Shown: piece after piece, positions 1-11,344 of the stretch
How positions within the stretch are numbered: position 1 is the stretch's first letter
Layout: every line of letters starts with the position of its first letter
Assembly: GCA_002238705.1 (NCBI GenBank)
Contig: MPMW01000002.1
Coordinates: forward strand, 462 to 64,461
Source: Acidobacteria bacterium bin61
GTDB lineage: Bacteria > Acidobacteriota > Vicinamibacteria > Marinacidobacterales > Marinacidobacteraceae
Direction of reading: 5' to 3'
DNA length: 64,000 nt
Translations under genes and position numbers: made by a program
The notes under the pieces: generated by a model
Seen by the model: only the letters and a program-made list of their open reading frames with translations
Databases searched by the model: none
Told to the model about the DNA's origin: nothing

Positions 1-271
1 GCGCCATCTGTGGCTTCGGAACAACGCCTCCACGTTCACCTCGCAGCTCGTGGACACGATTCTGGTGAATACCGTCCTGGCTTTCCTGGGGGCGGAGGAG
101 ATCACCATGGAACGGCTGCCGGTACTCATCGCCAACGGCGTGGTGTTCAAGTGGTTCGTCGCCGTCGTGGACACCCCGCTCGTCTACGGGGCGGTGTGGT
201 TCATGAAGAACCGGCTCGGTATCCAGGAAGCGCCGGTGGAGGAGAGCCGGGTACGCGGACGGATCCTCTGA
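1..271 (+). CDS. C-terminal fragment (start off-window) of a YhhQ/DUF165-family membrane protein (queuosine-precursor transporter-like)
   Basis: Frame 2 reads ...FTSQLVDTILVNTVLAFLGAEEITMERLPVLIANGVVFKWFVAVVDTPLVYGAVWFMKNRLG... up to a stop at 269-271. The hydrophobic C-terminal motif resembles YhhQ family tails. There is no start codon inside the window. Confidence 0.4.
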   Translation, partial: RHLWLRNNASTFTSQLVDTILVNTVLAFLGAEEITMERLPVLIANGVVFKWFVAVVDTPLVYGAVWFMKNRLGIQEAPVEESRVRGRIL

Positions 272-308
272 AGGCCCGCACCCGACGGGATTGCCGCGTG
301 GCCGGCGG

Positions 309-2984
<2,676 letters not shown>

Positions 2985-2994
2985 GTCTCGGAAG

Positions 2995-3552
2995 TCACGT
3001 CTCGGGGTCCGGATCGCGCTGCTCCTGAAGGGCGTGCCCGCCGGACAGTACCGCGTGGCGGGCGGCCTCCCGGGAGTACCCGCGGGAAACCAACCGGCGA
3101 AAGAGACGGGCCGCGGCTTTCCTGCGGTCGCCGTCCGGTTCCGCTCCCGCGCTCCCCGTCGCCGAATCGCCGGCCGCGGACGGCTCCAGCCGCCGCCGCG
3201 CCATCAGGGCGCGCTCGTTTTCCGCTCCTTCGGGAAACTCCGCCCGGACGGCCTCGAGCGCCAGTTCTTCAGGAATCTGGCGCCGCCGCAGGTGGGCCCG
3301 AATCTTGAGCGGCCCCTGGTGTTTCGTCCGCGCCCGGGTTCGCGCGACCGCCTGCGCCAGCGACCCGTCATCGAGATAGCGCCGTTCCCGGAGCCGGGAG
3401 ATGGCCTCTTCGACCTCGGACTCGCCGAAGTCACGGGCGAGGAGTTTCCTCCGGACCTCGCCCTCGCTGAGATCCCGCCGCTCCAGCAAACCGATCGCGG
3501 CGCCCCACGCGGTCGTGGAACGGCGGGAGGACGGCGTCGCTGCTCGGGACAT
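2995..3552 (-). CDS. recX: recombination regulator RecX
   Basis: Three-helix-repeat protein (LLERRDLSEGEVRRKLLARDF...EEAISRLRERRYLDD...) typical of RecX. It lies 10 nt upstream of alaS, as in the conserved recX-alaS pair. Start chosen at ATG 3552; an alternative is ATG 3582. Confidence 0.75.
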   Translation of the reverse strand: MSRAATPSSRRSTTAWGAAIGLLERRDLSEGEVRRKLLARDFGESEVEEAISRLRERRYLDDGSLAQAVARTRARTKHQGPLKIRAHLRRRQIPEELALEAVRAEFPEGAENERALMARRRLEPSAAGDSATGSAGAEPDGDRRKAAARLFRRLVSRGYSREAARHAVLSGGHALQEQRDPDPET

Positions 3553-3608
3553 GGGCGGGAGACTAACGCGGGAATTTGCCATTGGCCGGAACCCGACGGC
3601 AGCGGTCG

Positions 3609-4538
3609 CTAGGCCCCGCAGTGCGCGCATTCGGTTGCGTCCGGATGGCGTGGACGGCCGCAATTCCAGCAGTGCCGGGACCGCCGCTCGCCCTCCCGGA
3701 TGCGGCCCATGACCGCTTCCCGCTCTTCCGGCGCGGGGCCGAAGGAGGCTAGGTCGCGCAGGTCGCTGAGCATGTCTGCGGCGGTGGCGTAGCGCCTCGA
3801 GACGCGCGGGGCGAGTGCCTTCGCGACCACTGCATCGAGATCCTTGGACACCGCCGGAACGTGTCGTCGGGGATGTTCGTTGCCGCCGGCCTCGACGAGG
3901 GCCCGCTGCCGCTCGGGGTCCGGGTCCTGGTAGGGAAGGGCGCCGGTGAGCATTTGGTAGAACACGACTCCGACCGCATACACGTCCGAGGCAAAAACCG
4001 CCTCGGCATGGAACTGTTCGGGCGCCAGGTAGTACGGATTGCCCAGCTGGCGCGCGTCATGCTCGGCGACGTGGACCGTGCGGGCCATTCCGAAATCCGT
4101 GAGCTTGGCCAGTTCCCCGGAGAGCAGAATGTTGTCGGCGCTAATGTCGCCGTGGAGCAACTTTCGATCGTGGGCGTGCGCAATTCCGGCGAGCACCTGC
4201 CGCGTGATCCTCGTGGAGACGGTGGGCGAGAGCGGTGTTTCGTCGTCCAGCCGCCTGGCGAGTGAGGTCCCCTCCACCCACTCCATGACGACAAACAGGG
4301 TGTCCTCGTGCTCGTCGCACGCGATCAGACGAACGATGTTCGGATGCTCGAGTGCCGCCAGCAGGCGGGATTCGCGCAGGATCGCCTCACGTCCCGCGGC
4401 GGACTGGTCGTGCGGAACCTTGATGGCCCGGGGCTGCTCCAGAAACACGTCGCGGACCCGATAGACGGCCCCGAACGTACCGCGGCCGATGCTCTTCTGG
4501 ATCTCGTAGTTTCCGATCCGCTGCCCGAGCAGAAACAT
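3609..4538 (-). CDS. Ser/Thr protein kinase (Hanks type) with C-terminal CxxC...CxxC zinc ribbon
   Basis: GxGxxG-like loop IGRGTFGAVYRV, catalytic HGDISADNILL, DFGMAR and APE motifs. The C-terminus is RHCWNCGRPRHPDATECAHCGA. Start taken at the ATG encoding MFLLGQ (the ORF track's first M is a TTG). Confidence 0.8.
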   Translation of the reverse strand: MFLLGQRIGNYEIQKSIGRGTFGAVYRVRDVFLEQPRAIKVPHDQSAAGREAILRESRLLAALEHPNIVRLIACDEHEDTLFVVMEWVEGTSLARRLDDETPLSPTVSTRITRQVLAGIAHAHDRKLLHGDISADNILLSGELAKLTDFGMARTVHVAEHDARQLGNPYYLAPEQFHAEAVFASDVYAVGVVFYQMLTGALPYQDPDPERQRALVEAGGNEHPRRHVPAVSKDLDAVVAKALAPRVSRRYATAADMLSDLRDLASFGPAPEEREAVMGRIREGERRSRHCWNCGRPRHPDATECAHCGA

Positions 4539-4637
4539 CGGGCTCGATGCTAGCAACCCGGAGTCCAGGTCAGGCGCAAGTAGTCCGCACCCGGCATCCG
4601 CAGACGAACCGCTCCGGCGCCCGGGATCGGTGTCCCG

Positions 4638-5357
4638 CTACCCCCCCGTCCGGAGGAGCAGCGCGGCCGCCACGACAGCGGCCGTCCCGGTACGAAGAAC
4701 CCGTTCCCCGAGGTCCAGGCGCCGAAATCCGTGGCGATAGGCGTCCTCGAGTTCCGTGGCCGCAAAACCGCCTTCCGGGCCGACCGCAAGAACGCCGTCG
4801 CCGGACGCCACCGGATCCGGAATGGAGGACGGGATACCTCCAGCCGGCCCGGGTGAGGCGATCCACCGGTCGGGACCGCGCTGGCCCCCCAGCCAGTCCG
4901 CGAACGGGGTCGGGGCGGCGACCGTGGGCACGGTTGCCCGTCCGCACTGCCGCGTTCCGGAAAGGGCGGCCGCGCGCCAGCGGGCGAGCCGCGCCGGTGT
5001 GGTGCGGCCTTCCGAGCGCTCGGTCATCAGAGGGGCGATCGAGCTCGCTCCGAGCTCGGCCAATTGACGCACGATTGCCGTCAGCCCGTCACCCTTGGGG
5101 ACCGCGACGCCAACACCAAGACCAAACCCGGGTTCCCGGGCTGCCAGGACGGCGCCCCGCTCCACCAGGCAACGATCCTCCTTGTCCATCCCCACGAAGC
5201 GTGCCGAAAACGCATTGCCGACGCCGTCGAACACCTCGATCTCCGCGCCCGGCGAAAGACGAAGCACTCGAAGCAGGTGATGGGTTTCTGCGGCGTCCAG
5301 CCGCAGGTCGCGGCAGTCGGCCGCTTCCGGAGCGAGAAAACGGCGAGGAGCGCCCAT
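4638..5357 (-). CDS. rsmE: 16S rRNA (uracil1498-N3)-methyltransferase
   Basis: 239 aa. The N-terminal PUA-like region (HHLLRVLRL) and the C-terminal SPOUT region (GPEGGF..ELE) are characteristic of RsmE. Confidence 0.8.
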   Translation of the reverse strand: MGAPRRFLAPEAADCRDLRLDAAETHHLLRVLRLSPGAEIEVFDGVGNAFSARFVGMDKEDRCLVERGAVLAAREPGFGLGVGVAVPKGDGLTAIVRQLAELGASSIAPLMTERSEGRTTPARLARWRAAALSGTRQCGRATVPTVAAPTPFADWLGGQRGPDRWIASPGPAGGIPSSIPDPVASGDGVLAVGPEGGFAATELEDAYRHGFRRLDLGERVLRTGTAAVVAAALLLRTGG

Positions 5358-5359
5358 GA

Positions 5360-6307
5360 TCAGTGGGCGGACGCCGCCACCCCACGGTCTGGGCCGACGC
5401 CGCGACTCTCCAGGGAAGCGGCGACCCAGGTGTCGGCATCGGGAGCTTCGGGAAGTTCCAGCCGGATTTCCGCGATCCGGACCTGCCGCTGTGGGAACGA
5501 GCCCAGCACGCGCTCCGACGCACCCTGAAGAAAACCCGAGACCAGGAGCCGTCCCCCGGGCCGCAGGCAGGGTTCTGCGAAGCTCCAGACGTCCCTCAAG
5601 GCGTCAGCGGACAGATTCGCGAGGATCACGTCGAAACCGGTGGGAACGAGCGCGTGCAACCGTGCGGCCAGTGCCGGGTCTCGATAGTTGCCCTCACAGA
5701 AGGTGATTCTGCCGGCTGCCTGGTTGGCGGTGGCGGTTTCCGTCGCGGAGCGGATGGCCAGCGGGTCCACGTCGAGCGCAACGACGCGGCCGGCGCCGAG
5801 CAGCGCGGCCGCGACCGCGAGGATTCCGGAGCCGGTCCCGATGTCGAGGATCCGGCTCCGGCGGCGCCTGCGCAGGTGATCCTCCAGAGATTCCAGAACC
5901 ATCCGCGTCGTGGGATGCATGCCGGTGCCGAAGGCCGGTCCGGGCGTCAGCAGCAGCGATCTGAGCCCCGGAGTCGCGCGAACGTGCGGGGAGTGGACGA
6001 AGAACCCGCCCACCCGTACTCCACGGAAGAAGTCACGATAGGCCGCGGTCCAGTCGCGCGGCGGCTCCGGGGGCGGGCAGTGAAGTTCTCTGACACCGGG
6101 TGCGCGAGCCGATCTCCCCGCCTCGGCCGGGCTCGTGGGGGAATGGAGCAGTGAGCGGAGATCGGCGGCGACTCGTCTCCGGGCCGCTTCGGAAGCGAAC
6201 CAGAGACGGATCCGGTCGCCGGACGAAACGGTTTCCGACGCGCCAAGAAAGGCGGCCTCGCCGGTGACGACGCCTTCCCAGCCGGTGCGGCAGGCAGGGC
6301 CGTGCAA
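5360..6307 (-). CDS. prmA: ribosomal protein L11 methyltransferase
   Basis: AFGTGMHPTTRMVLESLE...ILDIGTGSGILAVAAALLGAGRVVALDVDPLAI is the PrmA SAM-methyltransferase core. The annotated start is a TTG, so the true start is uncertain. Confidence 0.8.
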   Translation of the reverse strand: MHGPACRTGWEGVVTGEAAFLGASETVSSGDRIRLWFASEAARRRVAADLRSLLHSPTSPAEAGRSARAPGVRELHCPPPEPPRDWTAAYRDFFRGVRVGGFFVHSPHVRATPGLRSLLLTPGPAFGTGMHPTTRMVLESLEDHLRRRRRSRILDIGTGSGILAVAAALLGAGRVVALDVDPLAIRSATETATANQAAGRITFCEGNYRDPALAARLHALVPTGFDVILANLSADALRDVWSFAEPCLRPGGRLLVSGFLQGASERVLGSFPQRQVRIAEIRLELPEAPDADTWVAASLESRGVGPDRGVAASAH

Positions 6308-6417
6308 GTCGAGCGGATAGCTGGGTCCGCGGGTGAACCCCCGGTCGGCGGGATCCGCGGGAGCGGCTGCGCTCGGCCCTGGCGCGAGACCGCGGGCGGG
6401 ATTGCGCGGGGATGTGC

Positions 6418-7617
6418 TCAGGAAAAGATCCGCTCGAAAAGGGACGAGCGGGATTTGTCCGCGCCGTTGCCGTCCACCCGGGACTCCTCGCGGACACCGG
6501 CGCCGTGAGGGGCCGGATCCCCGTCCGGTCTTGCCGATGACGCTCCCGGTGACTCATGGATTTCGTCGGCGAGGGCCTCGACCGCGGCTCGCGCCCGGTG
6601 ACTCATTTTCTTCGGGACTTCGACCAGAATGCGTACCAGATGACTTCCGCGGCCGCGGCCGCGGAGGGCCGGGAATCCCTTGCTCCGCAACCGGAGAATC
6701 GTGTGGGGTTGTGTACCGGGAGGGATGCGCAGCGTGTCCTCTCCCCAGATGGTGGAAATCGGGATCTCCGTGCCCAGGACAGCCTGGGGAAAGCTGATGC
6801 TGGACTCGCTAAGGACGTCGTCCTCTTCGCGCCTGAGACCCCGCGCGGGCCGGACGTGGACTCTTACGTACAGATCTCCGGGTGGCCCGCCGCGCGCGCC
6901 GGGTTCCCCTTCGCCCGGTACCCGCAGCTGGTTTCCGTCAGCGATCCCCGCGGGGAGTCGAACGGTGATTTCGCGTTCTCGCGGCGTTCTTCCGTTGCCG
7001 GCACACTCCCGGCAGGGATCCCGAACGATCTTCCCGGTCCCGCCACAGCCGGAACAGGTGCGGCTCATCATCATGAAACCGCGGGAGAAAGTCTCCTGGC
7101 CGCGCCCGCCGCACCTGCCACAGAGAATCGGCTTTTTCCCGGCCTCGATGCCGCTCCCCCGGCAGGAATCGCAAGGTTCCGCGCGCGAAACGAGGATGCG
7201 CTTGCGGCTTTCTTCCTTCGGTTCGCCGAAGTCGACGCTCAACTCGTACTGGATGTCGCGCCCGCGTGCGGGACCGTGTCGGTCGGCCCCGCCGAACATG
7301 TCGCCAAACAGGTCGAAGACACTGCCCCGCAAGATGTCCTGAAAGTCCGCGAAGATCTCGCCGTTCACCGGCTGCCCGGCGCCGCCGACCCCGGCATGGC
7401 CGAAACGGTCGTAACGGGATCTCTTTTCGGCATCGCCGAGGACTCCGTAGGCTTCCGAAGCTTCCTTGAACTGTTCCTCCGCCGACTTGTCACCGGCGTT
7501 GCGATCGGGGTGATAGCGGACCGCGAGCTTGCGGTAGGCCTTCTTGATTTCGTCCGGACTCGCGTCCCGCGCCACACCGAGGACTTCGTAGTAGTCGCGT
7601 TGGGCGGTGCCTGGCAT
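6418..7617 (-). CDS. dnaJ: molecular chaperone DnaJ
   Basis: J domain (DYYEVLGV...YHPDRN), G/F region, four CxxCxGxG zinc-finger repeats and a C-terminal domain. ATG at 7615-7617. Confidence 0.95.
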   Translation of the reverse strand: MPGTAQRDYYEVLGVARDASPDEIKKAYRKLAVRYHPDRNAGDKSAEEQFKEASEAYGVLGDAEKRSRYDRFGHAGVGGAGQPVNGEIFADFQDILRGSVFDLFGDMFGGADRHGPARGRDIQYELSVDFGEPKEESRKRILVSRAEPCDSCRGSGIEAGKKPILCGRCGGRGQETFSRGFMMMSRTCSGCGGTGKIVRDPCRECAGNGRTPREREITVRLPAGIADGNQLRVPGEGEPGARGGPPGDLYVRVHVRPARGLRREEDDVLSESSISFPQAVLGTEIPISTIWGEDTLRIPPGTQPHTILRLRSKGFPALRGRGRGSHLVRILVEVPKKMSHRARAAVEALADEIHESPGASSARPDGDPAPHGAGVREESRVDGNGADKSRSSLFERIFS

Positions 7618-7625
7618 AGGGCGCC

Positions 7626-8390
7626 TCAGGTCGGCAACGTTTCGGCGGCGGCGCCCGGAGGCGCCGTGCCGGTTGTCGGGCCGCCGGAACCCTCACCGGG
7701 GTCCTCGCCGCCAGCGGCTGGTTTGGCGTCGTCCGCATCTTCGGGGGGAGCGCTCGCGACGACCACGGTGGCGGGGCGAATCACCCGGCCGTCCAGGAGG
7801 TATCCCCGTCGCAGCACTTCCACCACGTCTCCCTCGCGCTGTCCAGGCCCCGCGGGAACTTCCTGGACGGCTTCGTGGAGCCGCGGATCGAACGGGGCGC
7901 CACCGGCTTCGATCTCGAGGAGTCCCTGACGCTTCAGGGTGTCCTGGAAACGGCGCAGGACGAGCCGGATTCCTTCGTGAAGGCCGCGGACGACGCGCTC
8001 GGCAGGATTCTCGGCGGGATGGTTGTTCTCGTCTCCGTCCCAACGCTCCGTCGTTTTCGCCACTTCGAGGGTGGCGCGGTGGAGGTCGTCCAAAACCGGA
8101 AGCAGGGCGGAGCAGACCTCTTCGGTGGCGCGGGACCGGAACTCGGCTCGTTCGTTCCGCGAGCGGCGGCGCACGTTCGCGAGGTCCGCCTGCGCGCGCC
8201 GGGCGAGATCCTTTGCGTCCGCCACTTCCTGGGTCAAAGAGGCGATCCGGCTCTGCAGGTCCTCGATCTCGGCCGGGCTTGCCGGCGCCGGGGGATCGTT
8301 CCCATCTGCCGCGTCCGGGGTCGCGGCGCCGTTCGCCCCGGAGGCTTCCGCGAGTGGCTCGGGCGGTTCTCCCTGCGAGGAATCGTTCAT
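7626..8390 (-). CDS. grpE: nucleotide exchange factor GrpE
   Basis: Long coiled-coil (LQSRIASLTQEVADAKDLARRAQADLANVRRR...) and the C-terminal GrpE core. ATG at 8388-8390 with AGGAG 6 nt upstream. The ORF-track M at 8420 is a TTG. Confidence 0.88.
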   Translation of the reverse strand: MNDSSQGEPPEPLAEASGANGAATPDAADGNDPPAPASPAEIEDLQSRIASLTQEVADAKDLARRAQADLANVRRRSRNERAEFRSRATEEVCSALLPVLDDLHRATLEVAKTTERWDGDENNHPAENPAERVVRGLHEGIRLVLRRFQDTLKRQGLLEIEAGGAPFDPRLHEAVQEVPAGPGQREGDVVEVLRRGYLLDGRVIRPATVVVASAPPEDADDAKPAAGGEDPGEGSGGPTTGTAPPGAAAETLPT

Positions 8391-8426
8391 CGATCGCTCC
8401 TGAAAAAAGTTACGGAACAAGGAAAT

Positions 8427-8605
8427 CAGCCTGGTGTGGTGTCCCGGGAATGGCGCGAGTCACCGAGAGCGGCGGGGCGCCCGGCTGACAAGGCTCGAAT
8501 CGGGAGGGATACCCAGTGTATTCCGACTGATTCGGAACGCGGAGCTTAGCGGCTCAGCCGGGATGCATCGCCGGTCGGATGCCGTGCGATCTCCGGGACA
8601 CTGCA
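8427..8605 (+). repeat. MITE-like intergenic repeat, copy A (ADE subfamily, + orientation)
   Basis: Begins cagcctggtgtggtgtcccgggaatggcgcgagtcaccgagagcggcggggcgcccggctgacaagg... It shares the core ...gaatcgggagg.ata.c..gtgtattccgactgattcggaacgc.gagc..agcggctcagccgggatg with copies D and E. It starts 7 nt upstream of the grpE start region. Its 3' part supplies the C-terminus and stop of the lipoate-ligase ORF. The right end is approximate. Confidence 0.7.
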
Positions 8606-9387
8606 CTGGCGCGCGGCTTCCAGATCCCGGCGAAACGACACGCCGAGCGCGGCCGCCACCTCACCGACCGCGGGAGGTGTCGCCTCCGGTCCGGCGAGCG
8701 GGAGTTCGGCGAGGCCGATCGCTTCCACCGGGGATTCGGGCGGCAGACCGGCGAGCGAGTTGGTGAGGGCGCGGTTCACTGTCCAGGGAATGGAGCCGTG
8801 CTGGAGGAATGCGCCGCGGCGCCAGCGCTGGGCGCCGGCCACCAGTTTCTTTCCCTGTGCGGTGATTTCGTGGCCGGTCGCCACCGCGTGACAGGGGAGA
8901 CGAGGGGCCTGGGGGTCGCGGGGCGGGGGCGCCGCCGGGGGGGAGGGGGGTCGTGGGTGTGGCGGGGCGGGGGCCCGGCGGGAGGGGGATCGAGGCGAAC
9001 GAAGCGGGCGACCGCCGTCCAGATGCATCCCATCACGCGAAAGTAGGCGCCCCGGACCCCCGGTGCGAACCCCCGGGGCGCGGCAAACGCGTAGGTGAGT
9101 TCGTCCGGCAGGTGCAAGAGGGCTCGCCCCCCGGTCGGGCGGTGAACCCAGGCAATCCCGAGAGCGGCGAGTGCGGCCGGATCCGTGGCGGTCTCGGGAG
9201 TTTGCCCATGTCCCAGGGTCAGGGTGGGCCGGGACCAGCGATAGAGACGAAGCGTTGGACCAGCGCCCATCGAGGCTCGCTCGAGCAACTCCCGATCCCG
9301 CCGCATGTTGGCCTCCCCATCCATGGGGGTTTCCCAATCCGCGAGCAGGCGAAGTCCGGTGCCCTCCTCGGGCGCGCCGGGGTTCAT
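8546..9387 (-). CDS. lipoate--protein ligase / octanoyltransferase family protein (BPL_LPL catalytic domain), reading frame disrupted
   Basis: The N-terminal half lies in one frame (MNPGAPEEGTGLRLLADWETPMDG...PTLRLYRWSRPTLTLGHGQ...). The C-terminal half lies in another (...GHEITAQGKKLVAGAQRWRRGAFLQHGSI..., the LplA/LipM-type lysine motif). The frame change maps to the G-rich low-complexity stretch around 8875-8991. The total length suits a ~280-aa single-domain ligase. Confidence 0.6.
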
Positions 9388-9401
9388 GCCCTTCGGTCCA
9401 A

Positions 9402-9570
9402 CAGCGGGTGGCGAAACCCCCGCGGCGTTCAAGCGGCGATGCATCCCGGCTGAACCTCGCCGCCGTTCGGCGCTCTGCGTTGCGTTCTGGTCCAAATACA
9501 CCTGTATTCCCCCCTTGCACGCCTTGTCAGCCGGGCGCCTCGCCGCTCACGCGGGTTTCACCACAGGCTG
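9402..9570 (-). repeat. MITE-like intergenic repeat, copy B (BC subfamily, reverse orientation)
   Basis: cagcgggtggcgaaacccccgcggcgttc...ccggctgaacc...gttgcgtt...aaatacacctgtattcc...ccttgtcagccgggcgcctcgccgctcacgcgggtttcaccacaggctg. Nearly colinear with copy C. It fills the ald-stop to ligase-start gap, ending 15 nt upstream of the ligase ATG. Confidence 0.75.
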
Positions 9571-9594
9571 GCAACGGTTCCCGGGCCGGGTCGA

Positions 9595-10710
9595 TCAGGC
9601 GATCAGTTCGTCGAGCGACTGAAATTCACGACCTTGCGATTCCGCGACGGGCCGGCAGGTGAGGCGGCCCGCATAGGTGTTCACACCGGGACGCAGGCAA
9701 CCGTCGCGGCGCACGGCCTCCTCGAATCCATGGTTGGCGATCGTGAGGGCGTACTCGAGCGTTACGTTGGTGAGCGCGTAGGTGGAGGTTCGGGGCATGG
9801 CGCCGGGCATGTTGGCGACGCAGTAGTGGACGACCCCGTCCACGACGTAGGTGGGTTTCGAGTGGGTGGTGGGCCGGGTCGTCTCGCAGCAGCCACCCTG
9901 GTCTACCGCAACGTCCACGATGACTGCACCTTCACGCATGGCGGCAATCATCTCGCGGGTGATGATGCGGGGTGCGGCCGCACCGGGAACCAGAACCGCA
10001 CCGACAACGAGGTCCGCTTCGGCGAGTGACGAGGCAAGCGTCACCGCACTCGACTTGAGGGTCGTGACGCGGCTCCCGAAGATGTCGTCGAGGTACCGCA
10101 TGCGGGCGGAACTCTTTTCCAGGATCGTGACCTCGGCGCCGATTCCGACGGCGAGCTTGGCGGCGTTGAGTCCCACGACGCCCCCGCCGACAATCACGGC
10201 TCGACCCCGGGGGACTCCCGGAACGCCGGCCAGCAGGATTCCCGAGCCTCCGCAGGAGCGGTGCAGGTGGTGCGCGCCTTCCTGGATCGCCATGCGGCCC
10301 GCTACTTCGCTCATGGGCGTCAGGAGCGGCAGGCTTCCGTCAGGCGCGGTGATGGTCTCGTAGGCGATCGCCGTCACTCCCCGGGACAGCAGTCCCTCGG
10401 TCAGTTCGGGCAGGGGAGCCAGATGGAGATAGGTGTAGAGAACCTGCCCTTCGCGGAGAAGTTCCACCTCTTCGGGCTGAGCCTCCTTGACCTTGATGAG
10501 GAGATCGCAGGTGTCGAACACCTCTTCGCGAGTCGCCGCGATCTGCGCGCCCGCGGTTGCGAATTCCTCGTCCGAGATCAGACTGCCGCGACCGGCCCCC
10601 GCTTCGACGAGCACCTCGTGGCCGGCGGCCACCAGGGTGTCGACACCTCCCGGAACCAATCCGACCCGGTTCTCGCTGTCCTTGATCTCCCGAACCGTAC
10701 CGATCCTCAT
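9595..10710 (-). CDS. ald: alanine dehydrogenase
   Basis: 371 aa. [40 protein letters not shown] and the Rossmann motif [27 protein letters not shown] match Ald (AlaDH/PNT family). Confidence 0.9.
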   Translation of the reverse strand: MRIGTVREIKDSENRVGLVPGGVDTLVAAGHEVLVEAGAGRGSLISDEEFATAGAQIAATREEVFDTCDLLIKVKEAQPEEVELLREGQVLYTYLHLAPLPELTEGLLSRGVTAIAYETITAPDGSLPLLTPMSEVAGRMAIQEGAHHLHRSCGGSGILLAGVPGVPRGRAVIVGGGVVGLNAAKLAVGIGAEVTILEKSSARMRYLDDIFGSRVTTLKSSAVTLASSLAEADLVVGAVLVPGAAAPRIITREMIAAMREGAVIVDVAVDQGGCCETTRPTTHSKPTYVVDGVVHYCVANMPGAMPRTSTYALTNVTLEYALTIANHGFEEAVRRDGCLRPGVNTYAGRLTCRPVAESQGREFQSLDELIA

Positions 10711-10751
10711 CGAACGCTCTTGTCCTTTCCTCTCCTGGTCCTGCCCTGGTC

Positions 10752-11186
10752 CTACGCTGCTCCTGCCGCGGTCCTGCCCCGCTCCTCAGTTGCCGCTCTT
10801 GTCTCCGGCGTTATCCTCGGTTCCGGTTTCGCTTCCGACTTGGCGCGGCTCCGCACGGTGCCCTCGAAGGTGGCCCCGGCATGCACGACCACCGTGGCGG
10901 CAAGAATTCCTCCGGTGAGGATCCCGGACGCGCCGATCTCCGCCTTTTCGATCGCCTCTACATCGCCTGTCATCCGGCCGTGAATGGTCACGTTCCGCGC
11001 CAGGATGGCGGCCTCGACCTGGCCGCCCTCCGGAATGAGCACCGCCGCGGTGCTCTCCACGGAGCCCTTGAGGCGACCCTGGATGCAGATGTCCTCGCGA
11101 GTCGTGATCTTGCCTTCGACACGGGTGTCCTGCCCGATCCAGGTCGAGCGGGCGCCCCGTTCGGGAGCGGGAGGCGTTTCGGTCAT
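10752..11186 (-). CDS. bactofilin family cytoskeletal protein
   Basis: 144 aa, ATG at 11186. Repetitive beta-helix signature: [29 protein letters not shown]...[29 protein letters not shown] (DUF583/bactofilin). The upstream part of the long ORF-track entry is spurious. Confidence 0.8.
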   Translation of the reverse strand: MTETPPAPERGARSTWIGQDTRVEGKITTREDICIQGRLKGSVESTAAVLIPEGGQVEAAILARNVTIHGRMTGDVEAIEKAEIGASGILTGGILAATVVVHAGATFEGTVRSRAKSEAKPEPRITPETRAATEERGRTAAGAA

Positions 11187-11252
11187 GAATGCCTCTTCTT
11201 CATTGGTGCGACGGAATAGGGCCATGAGACGGGACGGAACAGGGAAAGAGGA

Positions 11253-11328
11253 TGGAGCGGGCGACGGGGTTCGAACCCGCGACACCGAGCTTGGGAAGCT
11301 CGTACTCTGCCAACTGAGATACGCCCGC
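11253..11328 (-). tRNA. tRNA-Gly (anticodon CCC)
   Basis: Minus-strand sequence GCGGGCGTATCTCAGTTGGCAGAGTACGAGCTTCCCAAGCTCGGTGTCGCGGGTTCGAACCCCGTCGCCCGCTCCA folds as a cloverleaf. The 7-bp acceptor stem and GTTCGAA T-loop are present. The anticodon loop is TTCCCAA and CCA is encoded. Closely resembles canonical tRNA-Gly. The predicted 10:25 pair is U:U. Confidence 0.9.
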
Positions 11329-11344
11329 CCGGGAGCCGGTGATT

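Noticed and set aside
8421-8545. Possible CIRCE/HrcA operator upstream of grpE.
   Set aside because: No TTAGCACTC-N9-GAGTGCTAA-like inverted repeat is present. The region is occupied by repeat copy A.
8434-8766. Small ORFs (110-208 aa) translating the repeat copies. Examples: 8434-8766 (MWCPGNGASHRERRGARLTRLESGG...), 9305-9622, 25497-25784, 39259-39843, 59566-59883. Their conserved peptide WCPGNGASHRERRGARLTR.ESGG.PSVFRLIRNAE looks like a protein family.
   Set aside because: The peptide conservation is a by-product of nucleotide conservation in a TIR-bounded repeat. Copies occur in both orientations. Insertions or deletions of non-multiple-of-3 length occur between copies. The ORFs have no consistent start or stop relative to the element.
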